Notes: generated by a model not told the origin, from the letters alone. 64,000 bases of DNA from a virus (IMGVR_UViG_3300049014_000001:24956-88955), one strand, 5' to 3'; positions 26,448 through 36,611 are shown, counted from the first letter of the stretch. Numbers and translations are program-made.

Positions 26448-27820
26448 CTAAGGAGAAAAGAATGACCCTGTACCAAATTGTAAAGAGCCTCCAGTCGGCT
26501 CAAGGCAACATCGCCAAGCAAGCCATCCTTGATGAAAACAAGGATAATCCACTGTTCAAGCAGTATATGAAGGCTACGTATGACGTAGGTATCAACTACT
26601 TCATCAAGAAGGCCCCGAAGGGACGTAACCATAACAATCTCGATTTCCGTAAAGCGGAGATTGATGAAGCTCTGTTCTATCTTGCTGAGCGTCGTCTCAC
26701 CGGAACTGATGCAAAAGAATGGCTGCAACGTATCATGGACTCGTTGAATCCTGAAGGCCAAGAGCTGATGTCTCTGATGATTGGGCGTTCTATTGGCGCA
26801 TCCGTTGGCGATACGATGGTGTTAAAAACTTGGCCTGATCTGTATTTCATTCCTCCTTACCAGCGCTGCTCACTGCTGGATAAGAAGGCTCGTGAACGCT
26901 TTGCGAAGCTGAAGAAGTTCTACGTACAGACCAAAGCCGATGGCTCGTTTGCGTACGTTGTAAAGCGTATGGATGGCACTGTGGATGTCATCACTCGTCA
27001 GGGCAGTAAGTACCCTCAATGGTTTGCTCAGAAGCTTGCGCATGGCCTTGCACCGGGTAAGGTGCTGGTGGGTGAACTGCTTGTGGACGAAAAGATGGAA
27101 GGCATGGGTATGCAATCGGTGGAGCGTAAGACTGCCAACGGGTTACTGAACTCCTTACTGAAGGATGGTGAAAAATTCGATGAATTCCGATACGTTGTGC
27201 GTATGGAAGCATGGGACTTGCTGACGCAAGAAGAGTTCGAAGCCGGAAAATCTTCTCGCACGTATGAAGAACGATTCGAAGTGCTGGAAACTGCCGTTGT
27301 GTTCGGTGGAAGTGGGAATCATATCTCGTGCATTTTCACCGAAATTGTAACATCGCTGGATGAAGCATTCGCTATCTACCAAGATCACTTGCAACGTGGA
27401 TTGGAAGGTTGTATCATCAAAGACCCTGCTTCCTTGTGGAAGGATGGCACTGCAAAGGACATCGTGAAACTGAAGATCAAGTTTCAAGTGGAGATGCGTG
27501 TCATCGGAATGTATGAGGGAGAGGGCAAGGCAAAGGGAATGCTTGGAGGTGTTGTTATTGTGTCTGAAGACTATGGCATTGAGTGCGCTTGTGGTTCTGG
27601 CTTTAGCGATGCCCAACGTAAAGAGTACTGGAACAAACCGGGACTCATTGAAGGTGAAGTGGTTGTTGTAGAAGCTAACGACATCACTCAGAGCCGGGAA
27701 GCAGGTAAGAAGCCTTCGTTATCTCTGCCGATTTTCGTAGAGGTACGAACCGATAAAACCGAAGCTGACACTACGGAGCGTATCTACGCTCAGTTGGAAG
27801 CTGCTAAACAAGGAGTGTAA
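26441..27820 (+). CDS. ATP-dependent DNA ligase
   Basis: 459 aa; nucleotidyltransferase motif I TKADGSFAYVV (KxDG) and downstream ligase-like motifs. Confidence 0.7.
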   Translation: MVTKEKRMTLYQIVKSLQSAQGNIAKQAILDENKDNPLFKQYMKATYDVGINYFIKKAPKGRNHNNLDFRKAEIDEALFYLAERRLTGTDAKEWLQRIMDSLNPEGQELMSLMIGRSIGASVGDTMVLKTWPDLYFIPPYQRCSLLDKKARERFAKLKKFYVQTKADGSFAYVVKRMDGTVDVITRQGSKYPQWFAQKLAHGLAPGKVLVGELLVDEKMEGMGMQSVERKTANGLLNSLLKDGEKFDEFRYVVRMEAWDLLTQEEFEAGKSSRTYEERFEVLETAVVFGGSGNHISCIFTEIVTSLDEAFAIYQDHLQRGLEGCIIKDPASLWKDGTAKDIVKLKIKFQVEMRVIGMYEGEGKAKGMLGGVVIVSEDYGIECACGSGFSDAQRKEYWNKPGLIEGEVVVVEANDITQSREAGKKPSLSLPIFVEVRTDKTEADTTERIYAQLEAAKQGV

Positions 27821-27821
27821 G

Positions 27822-28184
27822 ATGTACTATTCTTTAGACTTTCTGAGAAAAGTAAAAGCAGGACTTGAACAAATTCGTAACCCGGCTGCTAGGATGAATT
27901 GCACAGGCATTTGTTCTACTCTGGGAGACAGGATGGAATATGAGTACCCAAAAGAACGTAATAACTGGCTAAAGGGTAAGTTTATTACGTGGGACGAATT
28001 TAGCGGGGATGAAGACTACCCTGTAAAATCTGAATGCATCATGTCTCCAGCCAGCAAGTACGACACCTGCTTTGATATGTGGAATAACGATACGACGTAT
28101 GGCCGTGCACGTCTTCGTTTGCTGGAATATCTGATTGAACAAGTAGATGCTGATATCAAAGAAGCAGAGGTACAACGATGGTAG
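27822..28184 (+). CDS. Hypothetical protein
   Basis: 120-aa track ORF. Confidence 0.45.
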   Translation: MYYSLDFLRKVKAGLEQIRNPAARMNCTGICSTLGDRMEYEYPKERNNWLKGKFITWDEFSGDEDYPVKSECIMSPASKYDTCFDMWNNDTTYGRARLRLLEYLIEQVDADIKEAEVQRW

Positions 28185-28405
28185 TAGAAAAACTTACAGG
28201 CCGAACCATGCATCGCTTGCACAGGACACTCTTCGGAAAGAACCTACTGGTGCTACAAGTAGAAGTGCATCGTACTGGAACATATCATTGCCCTGATCCG
28301 CAAGACTGGGGCATGTCGTGGGACGTTGATGAAAAGTTCTGGCGAGATGCGACAGTTACAGACCTTCAAGACATCTGTTGCCGAACATCAAGCCTTGACA
28401 AATAG
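28178..28405 (+). CDS. Hypothetical protein
   Basis: 75-aa track ORF. Confidence 0.35.
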   Translation: MVVEKLTGRTMHRLHRTLFGKNLLVLQVEVHRTGTYHCPDPQDWGMSWDVDEKFWRDATVTDLQDICCRTSSLDK

Positions 28406-28423
28406 ATAGGTAAGTAGTAAGAT
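28395..28423 (+). promoter_or_regulatory. Promoter TTGACA-17-TAAGAT
   Basis: ttgacaaatagataggtaagtagtaagat followed by UTR CAACCAAACAAGGAGAGAACAATG. Confidence 0.5.
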
Positions 28424-28456
28424 AGCGTTTCTTTACAACCAAACAAGGAGAGAACA

Positions 28457-29116
28457 ATGACTGAACAAGTTTTTAAGGTAGGACAAAAAGTGAAGATCGT
28501 AGCGGCGGGTAGCGGTTGCCATCCACGAGACATCGGACAAACTGTGACCATCACTGGTATCAAGGCATACGGTGACGAAATGGGTGTGGAATACGATTGT
28601 AGAAACCTGTATGTTGAACAACTATCCTCTTCAGGCCGTTACGTAGCATCCGTACGGATGTTTGAACCAATCAAGGCTAACCTGAGCTTGCCTGTGTTCA
28701 CGGCTGAAGGCACTCCAGTGGAAATTATCACCGTATCTGGCCGTGACAAGAAGTTCCCAGTGCTGGCATACGAAGGTAAGGCTAAGCTGCCTTCGAAATA
28801 TACGCTGGAAGGCATCAGCAAGAGTGGTGAAGCTCGTCGCAACCTGACCAACGTCCAAGTGACAGATGAGCCTTCTGAGTACAAGGAAGAAGCTGTTGAG
28901 GAAGTAGTGCTGTATGCCAATCTGTACGACGATTCGGAGCGTGGCCTTCGTCGTCTTGATCTTGGCAACGAGTTGTACGAGTCCGTAAATGCAGCCACTG
29001 AAAGCTACAAGGAAGGTCGCATCGAGAACAAGAAACACCCTAAGCGTATCGGTGTGGCAAAGGTAACTCTGGTGAAGGGCAAACTGCCTTCCCGTTTCAA
29101 CAAGGAGGCTAACTAA
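28457..29116 (+). CDS. Hypothetical protein
   Basis: 219-aa track ORF with canonical UTR. Confidence 0.5.
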   Translation: MTEQVFKVGQKVKIVAAGSGCHPRDIGQTVTITGIKAYGDEMGVEYDCRNLYVEQLSSSGRYVASVRMFEPIKANLSLPVFTAEGTPVEIITVSGRDKKFPVLAYEGKAKLPSKYTLEGISKSGEARRNLTNVQVTDEPSEYKEEAVEEVVLYANLYDDSERGLRRLDLGNELYESVNAATESYKEGRIENKKHPKRIGVAKVTLVKGKLPSRFNKEAN

Positions 29117-30270
29117 TGGCTGAAATCAAACGTAAGATGGCGTCTGTACGCCGTATTGACAAGCTGGAAGCTATTCCCGGTGCAGACAAGATCGAAACCG
29201 CATGGATTGGTGGTTGGCCTGTCGTCGTGAAGAAAGGTGAATTCGCTCAAGGTGATCTGGCAGTGTACTTCGAAATCGATTCGTGGGTTCCGAACAAGGT
29301 TGCTCCGTTCCTGACCAAGGAAGGCTATGCCCCGAAGGAATTCAACGGTGTGCAAGGTGAACGCCTGAAGACTATCAAGCTGCGTAAGCAACTGTCACAA
29401 GGTCTGCTGCTGCCTCTGCATACTCTCCCAGCTAGTGTCGGCCCAAATTGCGACGAAGGTGAGGATGTCACAGAGGCTCTTGGTGTGCAGAAGTGGGAGC
29501 AGGAAGAAAAGACTCCTAACATGCCTCAGAGCCAGAAGACCCGTTCGTTCCCGTATTTCATCCGTAAGACGGATCAAGAACGTGCTCAGAACTACGGTCA
29601 CATGATTGCACAAAATCTGGACACTGAGTTTGAAGTGACCGTGAAGAAGGATGGTTCCAGCATCACCGTGTTCCGTGTGAACCCAAGTAGCCCGTATTAC
29701 GAAGATGCTAAACTGATGGTAAAGGGCAAGAAGACCTTCTGGGAACGGGTTGTAGCGTTCTTCAAGCGTGAACAAGACAAGCCAGTGTACGGCATTTGCT
29801 CTCGTAACGTTCTGCTGCCGTTCGAAGGCGATAGTAACTTCCACAAGGCTGCTAAGAAGCTGCTGCCATTCATGGAAGACTTTAATGAAGGCTCCGTAGC
29901 TATCCAAGCTGAGCTGGTGGCACCTGACATTCAAGGCAACTACGAGAAGGTAAGTGGTGTTGAAGTTCACATCTTTGATGTGTTCGACATTGATAAGCAA
30001 GAGTACAAAACTCCACGTGAGCGTACCAGCTTCCTTGGTGTGATGTTTGCACCTAGCTACGTACCACACGCTACCATCGTAGATAAAGGTACACTGCGTA
30101 ACATCCTGCAACTGAAGGAAGGTGAAGACTTCATGGAAAAGCTGCTTACCTACGCTTCCGGCGAAGGTGATAACGAAGGCGTCATGCGTGAAGGTGTGGT
30201 GTTCAAGGCAATGGACAAAGACTTTTCGTTCAAGGTAGTATCGAACGAATACCTGCTGAAGAAAGGCTAA
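29116..30270 (+). CDS. RNA-ligase-like nucleotidyltransferase (KxDG; Rnl family candidate)
   Basis: 384 aa; motif VKKDGSSITVF; similar in size to T4 RnlA; distinct from the DNA ligase at 26441. Confidence 0.55.
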   Translation: MAEIKRKMASVRRIDKLEAIPGADKIETAWIGGWPVVVKKGEFAQGDLAVYFEIDSWVPNKVAPFLTKEGYAPKEFNGVQGERLKTIKLRKQLSQGLLLPLHTLPASVGPNCDEGEDVTEALGVQKWEQEEKTPNMPQSQKTRSFPYFIRKTDQERAQNYGHMIAQNLDTEFEVTVKKDGSSITVFRVNPSSPYYEDAKLMVKGKKTFWERVVAFFKREQDKPVYGICSRNVLLPFEGDSNFHKAAKKLLPFMEDFNEGSVAIQAELVAPDIQGNYEKVSGVEVHIFDVFDIDKQEYKTPRERTSFLGVMFAPSYVPHATIVDKGTLRNILQLKEGEDFMEKLLTYASGEGDNEGVMREGVVFKAMDKDFSFKVVSNEYLLKKG

Positions 30271-30271
30271 T

Positions 30272-30484
30272 ATGGCACGAGTAGAGCATAAATTGTTTGA
30301 CACTATCATCGCAGAATACAACCTGAAGAACGATAGTGAGATGTGCAAACGTCTGGAAGTAACGCCTCCGGTTGTGAGCAAGATGCGTGTCGGTAAGCTG
30401 CCTGTCGGCCCTGTCATGATTCTGAACATCCATGAAACCTTCGGTATGCCTATCAAGCGTATCAAGGAGCTTATCAGGGAATGA
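30272..30484 (+). CDS. Small HTH-like protein
   Basis: 70 aa; KNDSEMCKRLEVTPPVVSKMRVGK resembles an HTH. Confidence 0.4.
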   Translation: MARVEHKLFDTIIAEYNLKNDSEMCKRLEVTPPVVSKMRVGKLPVGPVMILNIHETFGMPIKRIKELIRE

Positions 30485-30951
30485 AGAGGCTACTCCTAGC
30501 TCTCATCCTGTGCATCATATGCCTGCCACTGTCAACGCCTCAACGGCTTGAATACAAGCCTCCTGAAGCTTGGCGGTGCTTGGCGTGGGTTGTCCACGAT
30601 GAGAGCCGTGGAGAGCCTTTAAAGGGCAGCAGAGCCGTTCTAGACGTAGTATTGTGGCGTATGAAGAAGACAGGAAAGACAGCGTGTGAAATTGTGGCAC
30701 AGCCGAAGCAGTTTTCCGGCTACAAAGGTGAAAGACAACTCTACGAACTTAGCGATGAAACACTACGTAGGTTCGTAAAGGTTGCCAAGATGAAGCCTGT
30801 TGCTGTACAATGCACGCACTTTCATGCAACACACGTACGTCCAGCATGGACAACCAAAATGATTCGGTGCTACCAGATAGGTAGGCACATATTTTATAAG
30901 GAGAGAAAACATGGCAACGCCAGCAGAGAAGGCAGGACTGGTAGTAGATAA
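30481..30951 (+). CDS. Cell-wall hydrolase, SleB/CwlJ family (Hydrolase_2)
   Basis: Signal peptide, then LAWVVHDESRGEPLKGSRAVLDVVLWRMKK matching the SleB/CwlJ core. Confidence 0.6.
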   Translation: MKRLLLALILCIICLPLSTPQRLEYKPPEAWRCLAWVVHDESRGEPLKGSRAVLDVVLWRMKKTGKTACEIVAQPKQFSGYKGERQLYELSDETLRRFVKVAKMKPVAVQCTHFHATHVRPAWTTKMIRCYQIGRHIFYKERKHGNASREGRTGSR

Positions 30952-31276
30952 GCGGATGCGAATCACTAAGATCGACAAAGAGGTGCATGATAAGGCTTCT
31001 TGGGGAGTTGATGTTGGTCAGATCATTGAACTGGACAGGGACGATGGCACAACTCATCCATTCGTTAATGTGTACTACCAAGATGGCTCCCCGTATTCGA
31101 AAGGAGAAGTTCTTAATCTTGAAACTGTAGAACTGGAAGACGCTTTCAAAGAAGTCCAAGAGGAAGAATCACTAAACTACAACGTCAGCATCGTTGACAA
31201 CAACACTACCATCGTTCTTCAGAAACGCCTGAGCGTGGAAGAAGTGCATGCCTTCCTGAAAGCGGTAGGTGCATAA
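30911..31276 (+). CDS. Hypothetical protein
   Basis: 121-aa track ORF. Confidence 0.45.
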   Translation: MATPAEKAGLVVDKRMRITKIDKEVHDKASWGVDVGQIIELDRDDGTTHPFVNVYYQDGSPYSKGEVLNLETVELEDAFKEVQEEESLNYNVSIVDNNTTIVLQKRLSVEEVHAFLKAVGA

Positions 31277-31584
31277 TGGCTGTCGTCACTACTTACGTTT
31301 GCGATGTATCAGGCAAGAGTGGAACTGAACGAAAAGACTTCGTAGACGTTCAAATCAGTGCCACTCATCACATCCCTAGCCCACACTACGCTAGCGGGCA
31401 TGTCACGAGTAGCGTTAATGTAAAGAAGCTGATTCACAAATACGTAGCAGCCAAGCTTAACCTGCTTCTTCCGCAAGAACAGGAAAAGAGTGAGGCTCCT
31501 GAAGTGTCCTTGGAGGGCAAGCTGAAGGCTCTGCTGAAGGACTATGTAGCAGAACTGGTTGAAGAACATATGGAGGAACGATGA
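31276..31584 (+). CDS. Hypothetical protein
   Basis: 102-aa track ORF. Confidence 0.45.
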   Translation: MAVVTTYVCDVSGKSGTERKDFVDVQISATHHIPSPHYASGHVTSSVNVKKLIHKYVAAKLNLLLPQEQEKSEAPEVSLEGKLKALLKDYVAELVEEHMEER

Positions 31585-32633
31585 TCGTTGTAGAAGGTAA
31601 ATGCGGCATCAAGGCTACGGTGCTGGCACATAGCGTAAGCCCTCAAGGCATTGAGATGATTACGTTCGAAATCGAGTACCCCCGCCTGATTCTGGCAGAA
31701 CTGAACACTCACCGGGACAAATCTCGTAACAGCTTCAGTAGCCGTGCTGTGCCATTCGAAAAGATGATTCAGCAGCTTACGGGTCGGCCTGTACGCTTCG
31801 GTGCGAACCAAGCGGGTATGCAGGATAAGGGTGAAGATTTCAAAGCTGCGGTGAAGTACAAGAAGAGTCTGCTGAATGGCGTACCTGAAGACATGTCAAT
31901 GGATGTATTCAGTGCGTGGGAGTGGGCCAAGCAAAACGCAATCTGTCACGCAAAGGCGCTGTATGAAGCTGGCTACCACAAGCAAGTGTACAACCGTCTG
32001 CTGGAACCGTTTCAGATGATGAAGACTGTCATCAGTGGTACAGAGTGGGCTAACTTCTGGTGGCTTCGTGATGATGAAGCAGCAGACCCTACGATTGCTG
32101 AACTGGCACGTTGCATGCGTGAAGCCCAGCGTAAGAGTAAGCCTTTCTTGCTACATGCTGGTGAATGGCACTTGCCTTATATTGACATGAACATTGCCAT
32201 CATGCCTGACGGTAGCCGTGAGCAAATCTTCACTATCGATGAGCACTTCATCCTGAAAGGAGAGAACAAGCTGCTGCCGCATTTGACTCTGGAACAGGCC
32301 ATCAAAATTTCCTGTGCTCGTTGTGCAGCCGTGTCCTATCGGAACGAAGGCTACGGACTGGAGAAGAGTCTGGAAGTGTATGACCGTCTGGTAGGAAGCG
32401 AGAAAAAGCATGCTTCTGCGTTCGAACACTGCGCTACGCCGATGGCCACACGGCAAGGAATGCCAATGTCTATCTGTGGCCGCGTGAATCTACCTTTCTC
32501 GCCGGGCACGTGGGAAGAAGGTATTTCGCATGTTGACCGTAAAGGCAACCTGTGGTCGGGCAACCTGAAGGGCTGGATTCAATACCGTAAGCTGATTAAA
32601 GGGGAAAATTATGAAGGGGAAGAAATCGCTTGA
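31581..32633 (+). CDS. thyX: Flavin-dependent thymidylate synthase-like protein
   Basis: 350 aa; N-terminal ThyX-like region with THRDKSRNSFSSR matching RHR-x7-S spacing; sits in the nucleotide-metabolism context. Confidence 0.5.
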   Translation: MIVVEGKCGIKATVLAHSVSPQGIEMITFEIEYPRLILAELNTHRDKSRNSFSSRAVPFEKMIQQLTGRPVRFGANQAGMQDKGEDFKAAVKYKKSLLNGVPEDMSMDVFSAWEWAKQNAICHAKALYEAGYHKQVYNRLLEPFQMMKTVISGTEWANFWWLRDDEAADPTIAELARCMREAQRKSKPFLLHAGEWHLPYIDMNIAIMPDGSREQIFTIDEHFILKGENKLLPHLTLEQAIKISCARCAAVSYRNEGYGLEKSLEVYDRLVGSEKKHASAFEHCATPMATRQGMPMSICGRVNLPFSPGTWEEGISHVDRKGNLWSGNLKGWIQYRKLIKGENYEGEEIA

Positions 32634-33012
32634 GTACCGGCTTCAATGTGCGCTTCGTATTGCTCAGCTTGATCCTAATGCAAGTGTAATCTACGCAACA
32701 GGAAGTGTAGAGAAGGCGAACGATGTGTGGCACACGTTGATTAATCTGGTAGGGAAGCCAAATGGATTCTCATACAGACTAATTCAAAGGGAAGCTCGAC
32801 ATGACGGTGGAGGCTTCTTTAAAGTGCTGCCAGTTTGTGAACCCTACTGGCATTACGGAGGCTGGCAGATGAGTCATCTGTGGTTAGACGAAACACTCTC
32901 ACGTGCAGGAAGAGAAGCAATCTCATCTCGTCATAGAAGCGCAAAGGAGCATAACTACGAGCCTCCGGGTATCTATGATGAGTATGGCGTTACAAGGAGA
33001 ATGGACTACTGA
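32611..33012 (+). CDS. Hypothetical protein
   Basis: 133-aa track ORF. Confidence 0.45.
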   Translation: MKGKKSLEYRLQCALRIAQLDPNASVIYATGSVEKANDVWHTLINLVGKPNGFSYRLIQREARHDGGGFFKVLPVCEPYWHYGGWQMSHLWLDETLSRAGREAISSRHRSAKEHNYEPPGIYDEYGVTRRMDY

Positions 33013-34772
33013 TGCAAAACAAATGGGGCATTGACTTGTCTTACCCTCACAACTGTCAATGTCCTCGTTGTGCCAGAAATGGACGAGACACGGCGAAGGA
33101 CAACCTGCAAGTTTATGGAGAGGGTAAGGGCGCTTACTGCCATGCGTGCGAATTCACAATCTTGAGTGATGCAGAGCGAGAGGCACGCGGGATTGATTTT
33201 GAAGATGAGGAAGAGGAAGTGAGCACAAGAGAGCGACTTACAAAGGAAGAAAATGAAAAGATTAAGAGCTACACCGGCCTCAAGTGCAAGGGCTGGCGGG
33301 GCATCAAGGACGAAACAAATAAGTTCTTTGGTATTCGTTATACCTACGACGAAAACACAGGAGAACCAGATGCACAGTACGTACCAACTACCATCAACGG
33401 AGAGCTGGTTGGTTACAAAGTACGCACCTTCCCAAAGGACTTCTCCAGTCCTGTAGGGTTGGTAGGCAAGGATTGTGATCTTGCTGGACAGTTCCGCTTC
33501 CAGAACGGAGGTAGAACACTTCTGTTGGTGGGTGGTGAGGTGGACTTGGAATCTGCTTACCAAATGCTGGCAGAGTATCAGGCTTCTCGTGGCTATGAGC
33601 CTATCCCTGTGGTATCACCCACTGTTGGAGAGACAGGCTGTGTGAAGCAGGTACAAGCGCAGTATGAGTGGTTCAACAAGTTCGACAAAATCATCATTGG
33701 CATGGATAATGACGCTGCTGGTGAAGCTGCTGTACACAAGCTGGCTAAGGTGCTGCCGAAGAATAAAGTGTACGTGGCAAAGTGGAGCAAGAAAGACCCG
33801 AATGCTATGCTTCAAGCAGGCATGGAGAAGCAGTTCGTCAACGATTACTTTAAGGCTAAGCCGTACACGCCGGATGGTATCGTAGGTGCTGCATCGCTGG
33901 CAGATAAGATTCGTGAAGCAGCAGCAATGCTCAAGATTCCTCTGCCTCCGTTCATGCACCGTCTGCAAACAATGATGGCTGGTGGTATCCCGCTGAAGAC
34001 GATTATCAACCTCGGCTCCGCATCGGGTACAGGCAAGAGCACCATCATTGACGAGATGACCTACTACTGGATTTTCAACAGTCCGTACAAACCGGGGATC
34101 GTTACTCTTGAGAGTGATTCAGGCCAGTATGGTACGAAGATTCTTAGTCGTCACCTTGGACGGAAGATTGACCTGATCGAAGATGTCACCGATAAGCTTG
34201 CGTATCTGGATTCGGACTACGTTCGACAGAAGGAGAAGGAGCTTTACTTCCGTGAAGATGGTAGCGAACGCTTCTATTTGATCGAAGACCGTGACGGTGG
34301 TTTGGATTCGATGAAGGAAAAGATTGAACAGCTCATCATCGCATGTGGATGTCAGCTTATCATTCTCGACCCTCTGCAAGACATCTTGGATGGTATGAGC
34401 AACGAAGATCAAGCAGTGTTCCTTAAGTGGATGAAGGGCATGGTGAAGAGCCACGATGTGACGTTCATCAACGTGAACCACGTACGTAAGAGCCAAGGCG
34501 GCAAGCAAGCTAACTCGACTGGTGCAGACCTGTTCGAAGAAGATATGCAAGGTTCGTCTTCCATCTTCAAGTCTGGTGCATGTAACCTGCTGTTCAACCG
34601 TAACAAGGAAGCAGAAGACGAAATCGAACGTAACACCACTAAGATGAAGGCTTCGAAGATTCGTTGGACTGGTCGTACTGGCGTAGCTGGAGAGTACTAC
34701 TACGACAACGCAACACACACCATGTATGACAAGGAAGATTGGCTGGCAAAGAATGGTGTGAAGGAATTTTAA
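33012..34772 (+). CDS. Bifunctional primase-helicase (T7 gp4-like)
   Basis: Zn finger CQCPRCARNGRD...CHACEF, TOPRIM LLLVGGEVDLES, DnaB-type Walker A GSASGTGKST, Walker B IILDPLQD. Confidence 0.85.
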   Translation: MQNKWGIDLSYPHNCQCPRCARNGRDTAKDNLQVYGEGKGAYCHACEFTILSDAEREARGIDFEDEEEEVSTRERLTKEENEKIKSYTGLKCKGWRGIKDETNKFFGIRYTYDENTGEPDAQYVPTTINGELVGYKVRTFPKDFSSPVGLVGKDCDLAGQFRFQNGGRTLLLVGGEVDLESAYQMLAEYQASRGYEPIPVVSPTVGETGCVKQVQAQYEWFNKFDKIIIGMDNDAAGEAAVHKLAKVLPKNKVYVAKWSKKDPNAMLQAGMEKQFVNDYFKAKPYTPDGIVGAASLADKIREAAAMLKIPLPPFMHRLQTMMAGGIPLKTIINLGSASGTGKSTIIDEMTYYWIFNSPYKPGIVTLESDSGQYGTKILSRHLGRKIDLIEDVTDKLAYLDSDYVRQKEKELYFREDGSERFYLIEDRDGGLDSMKEKIEQLIIACGCQLIILDPLQDILDGMSNEDQAVFLKWMKGMVKSHDVTFINVNHVRKSQGGKQANSTGADLFEEDMQGSSSIFKSGACNLLFNRNKEAEDEIERNTTKMKASKIRWTGRTGVAGEYYYDNATHTMYDKEDWLAKNGVKEF

Positions 34773-34816
34773 CAACCTCGTAGGTAGTGTTAGCTACCTA
34801 CTAACAAGGAGAACAA

Positions 34817-35941
34817 ATGAGTAAAGCAACCAACAAAGTAACTAACCTCTTCCGTAACACTTACGTTGTCATCGGAGACAATGGCCCCGATGAAGACCTT
34901 CAACGCGCAATGTTCCAGATGGGCTTCCGCTGGGGTGGCGATAAGAATCGTAAGATTGATAGGCTTGCACAAAACTACATTCTTGTAGATGAAAATTTCG
35001 AAATGTGGTTTACCAGTGAAAAAGGTATTACTGATCCTAACCACTATAGCTGCAATGAGCCATGTGTCGAAGTCCCTCGGAGTTCTGTTATCAAAGCTTC
35101 CGAGAAAGTACGTAAGATCAAGCGTAAGGAAAGCAAGGAACAGAAGAAGCGGGCTGCACGTCGTAAGTGGGTGAACAACTCCACAATCAACAACGGCCGG
35201 AAACCTGTTGCGGATGACGAACTGGTAACTATTCGTCGGAAAGATGGAGAAATTCGTTCCGGCTTTGCTGGTAGTTTCGATTGGGGTGTTTATGGCTATG
35301 ACCAAGACATCGAAAGCTACAAAGTGCTGAAGCGTAATAAGCATCACCCAGTACCACAAGAAAGGACTGTCACGCTTGAAAAAATGCTGACCGATGTAGC
35401 TTGGGACTTGGGTAAGGGCGTAGCGATTCCTGTGCATGATATGGAGTACAGCGGCAACGTCATCAAAGCACCGGGAGAGTACACGCTTGCACCTATGGCT
35501 GAAATTAAAGGTGAAGCTGTACCCGACACTAACCCTAAGCGTCAGTATGGTGTGGCATCCGTACCGCTGAACATGTGGAGTCCTCTGGCCTCTGCATACG
35601 GCTCTCTGGGCCTGTACAACGGTGCGCTGAAGTATGGCAAGGCTAACTTTGCTAACACTCCGGTGGAGGCTTCGATTTACATTGCTGCTGCATTCCGTCA
35701 CCTGTCGGCTTGGGCATGCGGAGAGGAATACGATCCTGCTGATGGTGTGCCGAATCTGGGCGGTGTGCTGGCTAATATCGCTATCCTGCTGGAGGCTCGT
35801 GCTGCCGGTACGCTGATTGATGATCGACTGAAGATGGCTGGCTACCTGAAGGAAATCGAAAAGCTGAAGGAAATCGTGAAGCACCTGAACAAGCTGCACG
35901 AAGGTAAGAACCCTAAACACTACACGCTGGAGGAAAAATAA
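34817..35941 (+). CDS. Hypothetical protein with basic N-region and C-terminal nucleotide-pyrophosphohydrolase-like helical domain
   Basis: 374 aa; KVRKIKRKESKEQKKRAARRKW; C-terminal KYGKANFANTPVEASIYIAAAFRHLSAWACGEEYD resembles dATP/dGTP diphosphohydrolase-type domains (tentative). Confidence 0.5.
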   Translation: MSKATNKVTNLFRNTYVVIGDNGPDEDLQRAMFQMGFRWGGDKNRKIDRLAQNYILVDENFEMWFTSEKGITDPNHYSCNEPCVEVPRSSVIKASEKVRKIKRKESKEQKKRAARRKWVNNSTINNGRKPVADDELVTIRRKDGEIRSGFAGSFDWGVYGYDQDIESYKVLKRNKHHPVPQERTVTLEKMLTDVAWDLGKGVAIPVHDMEYSGNVIKAPGEYTLAPMAEIKGEAVPDTNPKRQYGVASVPLNMWSPLASAYGSLGLYNGALKYGKANFANTPVEASIYIAAAFRHLSAWACGEEYDPADGVPNLGGVLANIAILLEARAAGTLIDDRLKMAGYLKEIEKLKEIVKHLNKLHEGKNPKHYTLEEK

Positions 35942-36474
35942 TGGCACCAGAAATTATGATGTACAGCGGCAAATACTTCAACTTTCTATCTCCAGAAACC
36001 TCGGAGTTCACGATTGAAGACGTTGCACTTGCCCTGAGCCGCATCAACCGCTACACCGGGCATACGCGCTTCCCTTACTCGGTAGCTCAACACTGTGTGC
36101 TTGGTAGTTTGCAGTTTAAAGACAAGGGCATGGCATTGGAGTTCTTATTGCACGATACGTCTGAAGCGTTTATGGGCGACGTAGCAACTCCGTTGAAGCT
36201 GATGCTACCTGAGTACCAAGCAATCGAGAAACGTGTTGAGAAGGCCGTTGCAGAGCGTTTTGGCACAAACTTCCCGATGCTGCCTGAAATCAAGGAAGCA
36301 GACCTTCGTATGCTGGCTACTGAGGTGATCCAGTTGATGCCTCCAGCGGCACAGCAGTGGGAAATCTTGCGTGGCGTACAGCCATATAAGATCGATATTG
36401 ATCCGTGGTCGCCTGAACATGCTGAATGGCAGTACAAGCGCCGTTTTAACGAACTTACTGGAAAGGAACGCTAA
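35941..36474 (+). CDS. HD-domain 5'-deoxynucleotidase (YfbR-like)
   Basis: AQHCVLGS...LLHDTSEAFMGD HD motif arrangement. Confidence 0.65.
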   Translation: MAPEIMMYSGKYFNFLSPETSEFTIEDVALALSRINRYTGHTRFPYSVAQHCVLGSLQFKDKGMALEFLLHDTSEAFMGDVATPLKLMLPEYQAIEKRVEKAVAERFGTNFPMLPEIKEADLRMLATEVIQLMPPAAQQWEILRGVQPYKIDIDPWSPEHAEWQYKRRFNELTGKER

Positions 36475-36573
36475 TATGTTGGCATTGTTTGGATTCTTGG
36501 TTTGCTGGGCCTTCCAAGCTCCGTGGTACTGGTGGGTGCTGGGCTTCCTGTGCCTTGCCCTTGACGCATAAAT

Positions 36574-36597
36574 AAAGCCCCTTCGGGGGCTTTTCCT
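36574..36597 (+). terminator. Intrinsic terminator
   Basis: aaagcccc-ttcg-ggggcttt then TCCTATTT. Confidence 0.65.
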
Positions 36598-36611
36598 ATT
36601 TATGAGAGGCA

